DNA of 64,000 nucleotides from an uncultured Candidatus Actinomarina sp. (GTDB lineage Bacteria; Actinomycetota; Acidimicrobiia; Actinomarinales; Actinomarinaceae): NCBI GenBank assembly GCA_902634185.1, contig CACPJC010000003.1, positions 32,369 to 96,368 of the forward strand, read 5' to 3'. Shown piece by piece: positions 56,366 to 64,000 of this stretch (position 1 is its first letter; each line of letters starts with the position of its first letter). The notes under the pieces were generated by a model. It saw only the letters and a program-made list of their open reading frames with translations, ran no database searches and was not told where the DNA came from. The position numbers and the translations under genes were made by a program.

Positions 56366-57190
56366 CTAATCTGAAATTGTTTCCAAACTAAAATCAATTT
56401 TTTTTACTATTTTTACAATTCTAAATTGGTTCTCATCTATAAGGTCAAACTTTTTTTGTAAGTTATCCAAAGTGCCAAGACAAAACATCGAGCTACCACT
56501 CCCCGACAAAAAGAATTCTTCATCTGTTGATGATTCTAAGTAATCTTTAATTTTTATTAAATTGGGTTCAATTATTGTTGATGGATTCCAGAAGTCGTTA
56601 AATATTTTTATATCTTTATACGTATTTACTAAAGTTGAAGTATTTTTTAATCGATCAAACTCTAAAAATGCTTTTGCAGTTGAAACAATTTCATTAGGTA
56701 CCACAAGCAACATATTCAATTCAATATCAATTTTTTTTGGCTCGATAATATCACCGATTCCTGTTACAAACGCTGGTTGTCCATTAATAAAGAAAGGTAC
56801 ATCGCTACCAATTTTTTGAACAACATCTTCATTGGATGGAATAGATAGGTTATATACTTCTGACAACTTCGACAATAACGCTCCTGCATTGGAACTACCG
56901 CCTCCAAGGCCCGATTCTGTTGGAATATTCTTAGTTATATTTATTTCAAAAAATTTAGAAAAATCATTTATTTCGCGTAATAAGTTTAAAGATTTAGATA
57001 CAGTATTATTTTCTGGGATATTCATTGAGTCGAAAGTAATAATATCTTTATCATTCTTAATCTCTTTTATTTCAATAACATCATAAAGATCTATTGGAAC
57101 GATTAAAGACTCAATTTTGTGAAGTCCATTAACTAATTCGTCTAACACTCTCAGGTTTAGATTTATTTTTCCAAAGGATTTAATTTTCAT
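56366..57190 (-). CDS. ispE: 4-diphosphocytidyl-2-C-methyl-D-erythritol kinase
   Basis: 274 aa. GHMP kinase motif PTESGLGGGSSNAGA. Confidence 0.92.
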   Translation of the reverse strand: MKIKSFGKINLNLRVLDELVNGLHKIESLIVPIDLYDVIEIKEIKNDKDIITFDSMNIPENNTVSKSLNLLREINDFSKFFEINITKNIPTESGLGGGSSNAGALLSKLSEVYNLSIPSNEDVVQKIGSDVPFFINGQPAFVTGIGDIIEPKKIDIELNMLLVVPNEIVSTAKAFLEFDRLKNTSTLVNTYKDIKIFNDFWNPSTIIEPNLIKIKDYLESSTDEEFFLSGSGSSMFCLGTLDNLQKKFDLIDENQFRIVKIVKKIDFSLETISD

Positions 57191-57978
57191 TGTATGCTTT
57201 CTGCAATTGCTAAATAATCTTCAGGAGTTAACTCCTGTGGTCTTAAATCTAGATTTAACGATAATTTCACAGCCATATCCTCATCAATATACTCACTTAA
57301 GGCTGATTTAATTTTTTTTCTCTTTTGTTGAAATGCAACTTTTGAGATTTCAAAAGCTTTTAATCTTAATGCTTCATCAACAAGTGTCTCTCTTTGGATT
57401 GTTACAACTGTTGATAAAATTTTTGGTTTTGGTTCGAAACAGTTTTTACTTACATTGAACTGAATTTTTGTACTAGTAAATAATGACGTAAGAACAGAAA
57501 GAGAACCATATTGTTTAGTGTTTGGCATTGCTACCATTCTTTCGGCGACTTCATCCTGTAGCATTACAACATATCGATGTATTTGAGGAACTTCAGTAAT
57601 CAGCTTAACCAACAATCTTGTTCCAATATTATATGGTAAATTACCGACCATAATCCACCAAGGGCCTGATAATTGCTTATAATCATAATCCATTGCGTCT
57701 TCATGAATTACCTCTATGTTTGGTACTTCTCCGAATCTTTCAATAAGAAGATTGACTAATTCTTTATCAATTTCTACAGCTTTAATTCTGTAATTATCTT
57801 TTAGTAATTCATTAGTAAGTGATCCTGTTCCTGGCCCAATCTCTATAATTGGATCGGCTAATTGACCTTGGACAAGTTTCGTAATCTTCCTAGAAATATT
57901 TGTATCAATTAAAAAGTTTTGCCCTAAATTCTTTTTTGGTTTTATATTTAATTTGTTAATCCAAAATACTTCGCTCAA
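57187..57978 (-). CDS. rsmA: 16S rRNA (adenine1518/1519-N6)-dimethyltransferase
   Basis: 263 aa. Contains LGQNFL, EIGPGTGSLT and GNLPYNI. Confidence 0.95.
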   Translation of the reverse strand: MSEVFWINKLNIKPKKNLGQNFLIDTNISRKITKLVQGQLADPIIEIGPGTGSLTNELLKDNYRIKAVEIDKELVNLLIERFGEVPNIEVIHEDAMDYDYKQLSGPWWIMVGNLPYNIGTRLLVKLITEVPQIHRYVVMLQDEVAERMVAMPNTKQYGSLSVLTSLFTSTKIQFNVSKNCFEPKPKILSTVVTIQRETLVDEALRLKAFEISKVAFQQKRKKIKSALSEYIDEDMAVKLSLNLDLRPQELTPEDYLAIAESIQ

Positions 57979-58748
57979 GATTGCCTCTTTAATAACTCTC
58001 TGGAATTTCTAATTGTAATTTCGGATAATTTTTTTTCATCTATATCTAATAGACTCGATATTTTTGATGCTGTGTGCTCTATAAAATTTGGTCTATTTTC
58101 TTCTCCCTTTAATGGCATAGGTGTCAAGTATGGTGTGTCTGTTTCTAGTAGTAACCTATTAGTAGGTATCTCTTGTACAGATAACTGTAAATCTTTTGCA
58201 GTTTCATAAGTTACTATTCCAGAAATTGAAAAGTAAACATCTAATTCTCTAAATCGTTTTGTCCATTTTCTACCCCCTGTCCAGGAATGTAAAATAACCG
58301 ATGAAGGGTTATTAAACTCAACTAATAAATCGTAAGTATCTCGAAAACTATCACGGCAGTGAATAATAATTGGTTTATTTAATTGTTTAGAAAATTCTAA
58401 GTGGAACAAAAAGTTTTCTCTCTGTTCCTCTTTGGTGGACAAATTTCTATAAAAATCAAGACCTGTTTCTCCAATTAAATCTGCTTCTACAAAAAGCTTT
58501 TCAAGATCGTGTTTTTGAGTATCTAAAAGTTTTGCGTCATGAGGATGCAGACCAGCAGACCAGTAACTTTCTACTTCTAATGATGAACTTATCTCTTTTG
58601 CCTTTGAAGATGATTCAACATCAACTCCGGGTATTATTAAAAATTCAATATTCTTGTAATGATTTTCGTCCAAATTTTTGTTTAATAATTGTAAATGACA
58701 ATGGGTATCAACCCACTTGATTTCCATAAATGATTGCGATTTATTCAC
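57975..58748 (-). CDS. tatD: TatD-family metal-dependent hydrolase
   Basis: 257 aa. Contains VDTHCHL, GETGLDFY, HCR and ETDTPYL. Confidence 0.92.
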   Translation of the reverse strand: MNKSQSFMEIKWVDTHCHLQLLNKNLDENHYKNIEFLIIPGVDVESSSKAKEISSSLEVESYWSAGLHPHDAKLLDTQKHDLEKLFVEADLIGETGLDFYRNLSTKEEQRENFLFHLEFSKQLNKPIIIHCRDSFRDTYDLLVEFNNPSSVILHSWTGGRKWTKRFRELDVYFSISGIVTYETAKDLQLSVQEIPTNRLLLETDTPYLTPMPLKGEENRPNFIEHTASKISSLLDIDEKKLSEITIRNSRELLKRQS

Positions 58749-58775
58749 TACTATAAGAATAGGAGTATTAAAAAT

Positions 58776-59015
58776 ATGGTCAAAGGTAATAAATCTAAGA
58801 TAGACAACCTAGGGAGGGTTGTAATACCTAAATCTATTCGAAAAGCTCTTAATGTTGAACACAATGATGAAATATCTATGCATGTGGAAAATCAAGCATT
58901 AATAATTACGAAAAATAATAACGTTTGCACAATATGTGTAAAAGAAAAAATTGAAATACAAATTAAAGATAAATATTTATGTAAAAGCTGTGTGGAGACA
59001 ATTAAAGGTTTTTAA
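58776..59015 (+). CDS. AbrB/SpoVT-fold DNA-binding protein with a C-terminal CxxC...CxxC ribbon
   Basis: The start is moved to the ATG at 58776, which is preceded by SD AGGAG. Contains IDNLGRVVIPKSIRKAL (swapped-hairpin motif), then CTIC...CKSC. Confidence 0.65.
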   Translation: MVKGNKSKIDNLGRVVIPKSIRKALNVEHNDEISMHVENQALIITKNNNVCTICVKEKIEIQIKDKYLCKSCVETIKGF

Positions 59016-59817
59016 TTAAATCGTATATATTATTAACTTTTTCTTTAGTTATCGATGATATAATCTTTGCAATTTCTCTCTTTGGAACCCTATACTCAAT
59101 CAACTTTTTCGCTAGATCTTCACTGTTTATATCAATAGTTTTTATTTTTTGTGATTTATCAATTACGAGGGTTACCTCTCCTTTATATTCAGTATCTGGA
59201 ATATCTCTTAAGAGGGTCGCAGCAGTACCCCTATAAATTGTTTCAAATTTTTTCGTAAGCTCTCTGCATACAACTATTTCATTTTCTATGTTTTTATTAA
59301 CAAATTCCTCAAGGTCTTTCTTTAATCTATTTGGAGAAGTAAAACATATTAATGTCAATTGAGTTTCCTGAATATTGTTAAAAAATTCAGCTCTTTCTTT
59401 TCCTGATTTTGGAACAAAACCCAAAAACGTAAATTTTTCTGTATCAAAACCTGACAAAGTCAAAGCAACTAAAACACTTGATGGGCCAGGTATAGATACA
59501 ATTTCAACGTTACTTTTTACTAATTTCTTAACAAGCGTATTGCCAGGATCAGAGATGAGAGGCGTTCCAGCATCTGAAATCATTGCAATCGACTTATCAT
59601 CGTCTAATAAATTAAGTATCTCATTAATTTTTTTTACTTCATTTCCTTTGAAATATGAGCGGACTTCTTTTTTTTGGTTCAAATGTGATAATAATTTTTT
59701 TGCTACACGTGTATCTTCAGCATAAACAATATCTACATCAGATAAAACCTGGACCAATCTTGTTGATATGTCGTTTAAGTTCCCAATGGGAGTTGGACAA
59801 ATGTAAAAAGTTCCCAT
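59002..59817 (-). CDS. rsmI: 16S rRNA (cytidine1402-2'-O)-methyltransferase
   Basis: Contains MGTFYICPTPIGNLNDIS and DAGTPLISDPG. The start is trimmed to the ATG at 59817, just after the upstream stop. Confidence 0.92.
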   Translation of the reverse strand: MGTFYICPTPIGNLNDISTRLVQVLSDVDIVYAEDTRVAKKLLSHLNQKKEVRSYFKGNEVKKINEILNLLDDDKSIAMISDAGTPLISDPGNTLVKKLVKSNVEIVSIPGPSSVLVALTLSGFDTEKFTFLGFVPKSGKERAEFFNNIQETQLTLICFTSPNRLKKDLEEFVNKNIENEIVVCRELTKKFETIYRGTAATLLRDIPDTEYKGEVTLVIDKSQKIKTIDINSEDLAKKLIEYRVPKREIAKIISSITKEKVNNIYDLIKNL

Positions 59818-59818
59818 T

Positions 59819-61210
59819 TTAAAAACTTGTATTACATTGTTCACTAGAACAATTATTTAGAAAAGATACCATGAATTCTATATCGTTTGATAATGCCAGT
59901 CTTAGATAATTTCCATCATTATATATCCAAAAGTTTGTATCACCTTCATATAAAATTCCTTTCCAGCTTGAATTGCTCGAACTTTTAATAAATCTTGTTT
60001 GGAAATCTGCCCAATTTTGGAATGCATCTGCAATCTCATTCAATTCATTAACATCATCACCTGATATCTTGACTGTCATAAATAAATCGTTTGAGTCATT
60101 AATATAGTCAACCCAAGATCCGCCACCCAAACCAATTGCTGCATTAACTGCCTCGTTTTTACCTATTTTGGTTTGGAGCAGATATACCAGGTCTAATGAA
60201 TCAATTTTTCCTTCGTCAATGACTGTAAAATTTTCTAACTCTAAAGTTTCAATATCAACATAAATATATGGTTCTTCAGAAAAATATTTTTCTGGTGAGT
60301 ATATTTGTTCAGCGGTAGGTAATTTATAAAGAGCTTCATTAAGTGCTTCCATTTTTCCTTTAGAGTGAATCTGTTTACCTAACTTACCTCCAAAATCATA
60401 ATAAAGATCTAATGGTATATAAAAATATTCTGGAAGTGATACCGAGCATCTGAAATTTGGCCGTTCTGAAGCCATTCTTTGCCTATCATAGGAATCTAAA
60501 TTAGATTCCCAATATGCTTGAACTAAATCTGCTTGAGCTTCTATGATGGACCTTCTGCCAGGATAATTCATAAAATCATCATTGTCTTTCATAGTTGTAT
60601 ACCATTCAGAAAGATCAACTATTTGACCTTGAAGCGAATGTACTAATTCATGTACTATCACAGATTGTTCCCAAAGATTCAACTTTGTCTGATTACGTTT
60701 AATTGGAACTCGTAATATTTGATCAAGTAAATTGTATGAACCAGCTGATGCACATCTTTGAAATTCTACTATCAACTCTTTCATTTTTTCAGGAGATGCG
60801 TTTGTTAGACCCCACATATTTTCTGATAACACAGCCCTCTCCCACTCTCCTTCTTCATAATCTTTTTCAAAATCGTCAAGATAAGAGGCGGCACTATAAT
60901 CTCTGTATCCATCTAATGTATACAAATTAAATTTTGGATATTCTGAGTAAGACAAGCCTGTTCTTTTTTCAACAAACGCAATAAGTTCATCAAATTGCTG
61001 TTTCATTTCTGGGCTTACGTCAAGCAATTCAATTCCAAATTCATCGACGACAATTTCCTCATCAATGTTTTGAACTGTTGTAGTAGTGGAAGATGTTGTA
61101 GTTGAGCTTGTCGTTGTTGAAGTTTCAAGAACTTCTGGCTCAGCTTCAGTATCTAAAGTACAGCTAGAAACTAAGCATAAAACAAGTAAATAATTTATAT
61201 ATTTTCTCAT
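59819..61210 (-). CDS. Lipoprotein with Thr/Ser-rich linker and an HExxH zincin-like domain
   Basis: 463 aa. Lipobox LVSSC. STTTSSTTTSSTTTT at 61076..61123. VIVHELVHSLQ at 60638..60652, with a downstream IIEAQAD as a possible third ligand. Confidence 0.7.
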   Translation of the reverse strand: MRKYINYLLVLCLVSSCTLDTEAEPEVLETSTTTSSTTTSSTTTTVQNIDEEIVVDEFGIELLDVSPEMKQQFDELIAFVEKRTGLSYSEYPKFNLYTLDGYRDYSAASYLDDFEKDYEEGEWERAVLSENMWGLTNASPEKMKELIVEFQRCASAGSYNLLDQILRVPIKRNQTKLNLWEQSVIVHELVHSLQGQIVDLSEWYTTMKDNDDFMNYPGRRSIIEAQADLVQAYWESNLDSYDRQRMASERPNFRCSVSLPEYFYIPLDLYYDFGGKLGKQIHSKGKMEALNEALYKLPTAEQIYSPEKYFSEEPYIYVDIETLELENFTVIDEGKIDSLDLVYLLQTKIGKNEAVNAAIGLGGGSWVDYINDSNDLFMTVKISGDDVNELNEIADAFQNWADFQTRFIKSSSNSSWKGILYEGDTNFWIYNDGNYLRLALSNDIEFMVSFLNNCSSEQCNTSF

Positions 61211-61263
61211 AGGACTTAAGAATAATTGTAATCTTAACTATTGAGATACAAATAGGAGGATTC

Positions 61264-61671
61264 ATGGTAAAAGAGTTTAGAAATTTTATCAACAGAGGAA
61301 ATGTTGTTGAACTTGGGGTTGCATTTGTTATGGGTGCATCATTCAAATCATTAGTAGATGTATTTACTAAAAGGTTAATAGAGCCATTAATTGGATTAAT
61401 TATTAATCTTCCAAACCTAGACAATCTTGGACTTTTTGGTGATGTAGATCCTAACTCTGGATTGCAATCAGGTAGTTTTGGAGCATTTCTTGGAGAGATA
61501 ATCAATTATTTAATCATTGCATTTGTGATGTTTCTAGTCATTAAGGCTTACAATCATTTTGAAGATATGGTTGATGACGAAGATAATGAAGAAGTTGTTG
61601 CTACAGAATCAAAAGAAGTAACCCTTCTTAAACAAATAAGAGATGGTATAAATAATTTACAAACTAAGTAA
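61264..61671 (+). CDS. mscL: Large-conductance mechanosensitive channel
   Basis: 135 aa. N-terminal EFRNFINRGNVVELGVAFVMGASF. Confidence 0.95.
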   Translation: MVKEFRNFINRGNVVELGVAFVMGASFKSLVDVFTKRLIEPLIGLIINLPNLDNLGLFGDVDPNSGLQSGSFGAFLGEIINYLIIAFVMFLVIKAYNHFEDMVDDEDNEEVVATESKEVTLLKQIRDGINNLQTK

Positions 61672-61682
61672 AGTAACAACCA

Positions 61683-63446
61683 ATGAAACAAAATAATCTA
61701 AGAGATTTATATAAATACGCTCAACAAAATCAAACAAAAGTTAAAAGAGGAATCCTCTATTCAATTTTAAATAAATTGTTCGATCTCGCTCCTCCGGTCT
61801 TGATTGGTATAGCAATTGATATTGTTGTGGAGGGATCTGATTCTTTCATTGGTTCATTTGGGTTTGAAGACAGACGACAACAATTAATTATTCTTGCATT
61901 TATTACTTTTGTAATTTGGGGTTTAGAATCAATTTTTGATTATGTCGCAGCAGTTACTTGGAGAAATATTGCACAAGATCTACAACATTCCTTACGTACT
62001 GAAACTTTTGAAAAAACACTGGATTTAGATTTATCTTTTTTTGAGAATAAATCTTCTGGACGCCTAATGGCAATATTGAATGACGATGTAAATCAAATGG
62101 AACAGTTTTTAAATGAAGCAGCTAATCGTTTAATTCAGACAGCAACAACCGTTATAGTCATCGGTGGAACCTTTATTTATATATCACCTTTAGTTGCAGT
62201 TTTTGCATTTATTCCAATTCCAGTAATCATTTTTGGATCTTATAAATTTACACAAAGAATTGCCGAAAGATATTCAAAAATACGAAATAATGTTGAATCA
62301 TTAAATGCTCATCTTTCTAATTCAATAACAGGAGTACTAACAGTAAAGAGTTTTAATAGAAAAGACAGAGAGTATAAAAGAATTGACGAAGCATCGAAAG
62401 AGGTAAAAACTGCAAATTATGAAGCAATAAAACTATCTGCCGCATTCATACCCATCATAAGAATTGCAATATTATTTGGCTTTACTGCGACACTTCTCAT
62501 CGGTGGATTTCTTGCTCTAGACGGGCAAATCAAAGTTGCTATGTACTCTGTCATGTTATTTATTACTCAAAGACTTTTATGGCCTTTGACCGAATTAGGA
62601 ATGATTTTTGATGTTTATCAAAAAGCAATGGCATCTTTTAGAAGAATTATCAATTTGAAAGAAACTAAACCACTAATCAACGATGGAAATACCTTTATGG
62701 AGGAACTTAAAGAAAGTATTAGATTTGAAAATCTTAATTTTGAATACGTCTCTGACTTTCCCGTATTGAAAGATGTAAACATCGAAATTATGAAAGGAAA
62801 AACAACGGCAATCGTTGGGAGTACAGGATCTGGTAAATCAACACTAATAAAATTAATTCTCAGATTTTATGAAAAAAATTCTGGAAAAATATTTTTTGAT
62901 AACAATGAAATTGAATCTTTAGTAATTGATAGTCTTCGAAGCAAAATAGGACTTGTAAGCCAAGATGTATTTTTGTTTGAGGGAACTGTTTTTGAAAATA
63001 TAGCTTATGGAAATATAGATGCGTCAACAGAAGACGTATGGAATGCTGCCCGTTTATCTGAATCTGATAAATTTATAAGTGAACTTCCTAATCAAGAAAA
63101 TACTATTGTTGGTGAGCGAGGGCAGAAACTTTCGGGCGGACAAAGACAAAGAATATCTATTGCTAGAGCAATATTGAAAAATCCTGAGATTTTAATCCTT
63201 GATGAAGCAACTTCAGCCGTTGATAATGAAACTGAGGCTGCAATTCAGGAGTCTCTTGAGACATTAAAAGAAGGAAGAACGGTAATTGCTATAGCCCATA
63301 GACTTTCTACTATAAGAAATGCTGACTTAATTTATGTATTAGAGTCAGGTGAGATAGTTGAGTATGGTACTCATGATGAACTACTGAACAGCCAAGGTGT
63401 GTACGCAAAATTATGGGATGTTCAAACAGGAAAGATAAAAAGATAA
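61683..63446 (+). CDS. ABC exporter, fused permease-ATPase (type I, MsbA-like)
   Basis: 587 aa. 6 TM, then Walker A GSTGSGKST, LSGGQRQR and ILILDEATS. Confidence 0.92.
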   Translation: MKQNNLRDLYKYAQQNQTKVKRGILYSILNKLFDLAPPVLIGIAIDIVVEGSDSFIGSFGFEDRRQQLIILAFITFVIWGLESIFDYVAAVTWRNIAQDLQHSLRTETFEKTLDLDLSFFENKSSGRLMAILNDDVNQMEQFLNEAANRLIQTATTVIVIGGTFIYISPLVAVFAFIPIPVIIFGSYKFTQRIAERYSKIRNNVESLNAHLSNSITGVLTVKSFNRKDREYKRIDEASKEVKTANYEAIKLSAAFIPIIRIAILFGFTATLLIGGFLALDGQIKVAMYSVMLFITQRLLWPLTELGMIFDVYQKAMASFRRIINLKETKPLINDGNTFMEELKESIRFENLNFEYVSDFPVLKDVNIEIMKGKTTAIVGSTGSGKSTLIKLILRFYEKNSGKIFFDNNEIESLVIDSLRSKIGLVSQDVFLFEGTVFENIAYGNIDASTEDVWNAARLSESDKFISELPNQENTIVGERGQKLSGGQRQRISIARAILKNPEILILDEATSAVDNETEAAIQESLETLKEGRTVIAIAHRLSTIRNADLIYVLESGEIVEYGTHDELLNSQGVYAKLWDVQTGKIKR

Positions 63447-63447
63447 A

Positions 63448-64000
63448 TTAATTTGTTATTTTTGAAACTATTGATTCTCCAATAGCTAAAGAAGCGGTTG
63501 CTGCAGGACTTGGTGAATTAAGGACATGTAAAGAATTTTCTCCCTCTTCAAAAAGAAAGTCATCGACTAAATTCCCATCTTTATCAACAGCTTGTGCTCT
63601 TACACCAGATGGTATTTGTTTGATATCTTTTAGATTTACTCCATTAATTAATTTTTGAATCTCTTTTACAAAAATTTTTTTATTTAATGATCTATACATT
63701 TCAGAAATTCCTGTCCTGAAATATTTTTTCCCTAGTTTGAGCATTCCGGGGAAAGTCAAAACTTTTGTTAAATCTACAAAATTAATATCTGTCCATTTAT
63801 ATCCTTCTTTTGAAAAAGCCAGTACTGCATTTGGTCCAGCCTCAATGTCACCATTTGCAGTTTTTGTTAAATGTATACCTAGGAATGGAAGATCAGGATC
63901 AGCCAATGGATAAATCATATTGTTTAGAATTTTATTTTTTGTGTTACTTATTTTGTAATACTCTCCCCTAAAAGGAATTATTTTTACATTTGGAGACATA
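63448..64000 (-). CDS. lhgO: L-2-hydroxyglutarate oxidase-like FAD oxidoreductase, C-terminal part only (runs off the right edge)
   Basis: IIPFRGEYY, LPFLGIHLT, GPNAVLAFSKEGY and SPSPAATASL match the LhgO/YgaF C-terminal half. The FAD-binding N-terminus lies outside the window. Confidence 0.7.
   Translation of the reverse strand, partial: MSPNVKIIPFRGEYYKISNTKNKILNNMIYPLADPDLPFLGIHLTKTANGDIEAGPNAVLAFSKEGYKWTDINFVDLTKVLTFPGMLKLGKKYFRTGISEMYRSLNKKIFVKEIQKLINGVNLKDIKQIPSGVRAQAVDKDGNLVDDFLFEEGENSLHVLNSPSPAATASLAIGESIVSKITN

Noticed and set aside
61164-61505. 113-aa minus-strand ORF overlapping mscL
   Set aside because: mscL on the plus strand has the canonical N-terminal motif. The antisense ORF would also overlap the lipoprotein gene start and has no SD.

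Overview
AT-rich, very gene-dense actinobacterial chromosome segment. Supporting markers are a WhiB regulator, a PIG-L/MshB-Mca type deacetylase, Ni-SOD plus SodX, a class E sortase, and gene order matching Mycobacterium (hom-thrC-[thrB]-rho-rpmE-prfA-hemK-sua5-atp, and tatD-[rpfB]-ksgA-ispE ... glmU-prsA). It is probably a streamlined marine lineage, Actinomarinales-like, but that is inference only. About 60 genes are present, mostly on the minus strand, and many have overlapping stop/start codons. Main blocks: (1) nitrogen and redox genes: gltB', amt, metG, sodN/sodX, korAB, nadV, aquaporin. (2) One contiguous phosphate block: pstS(double)-pstCAB-phoU-regX3-senX3-ppk1-sixA-ppx. (3) rho-rpmE-DUF1385-prfA-prmC-tsaC-glyA-atpZIBEFHAGDC-mshB with almost no intergenic space. 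(4) An ~11.9 kb accessory insertion exactly where thrB normally lies. (5) hom-thrC, a multidomain metzincin, yqeY, glpQ, whiB, DUF3107, prsA, glmU, tRNA-Gln, ispE, ksgA, tatD, rsmI, mscL, an ABC exporter and lhgO'. The standout is the insertion. A 3003-codon ORF encodes about 19 Cys-bounded Asp-box repeats, a 29-Thr tract and a canonical LAATG + TM + YRKRK cell-wall sorting signal. It then continues in frame, with no stop, into a membrane-anchored class E sortase domain, so substrate and enzyme sit in one polypeptide. The junction is one homopolymer A away from a TAATG-coupled two-gene arrangement, so read-level checking is needed. This ORF is tightly coupled to a TetR regulator, a polytopic membrane protein and a secreted HExxH protein, both of which carry Thr-rich linkers. 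Other notable points: a tandem-fused double PstS with an apparent gene-conversion tract; a sensor-less 231-aa Pho histidine kinase; a ppx gene that can only start at AUU; KorA flanked by a duplicated helical module and acidic EEPV repeats; a perfect CRP-type palindrome upstream of whiB; 11-bp phased direct repeats upstream of pstS and amt; and a tRNA-Gln embedded between ispE and glmU. No rRNA, CRISPR array, transposase or integrase was seen.
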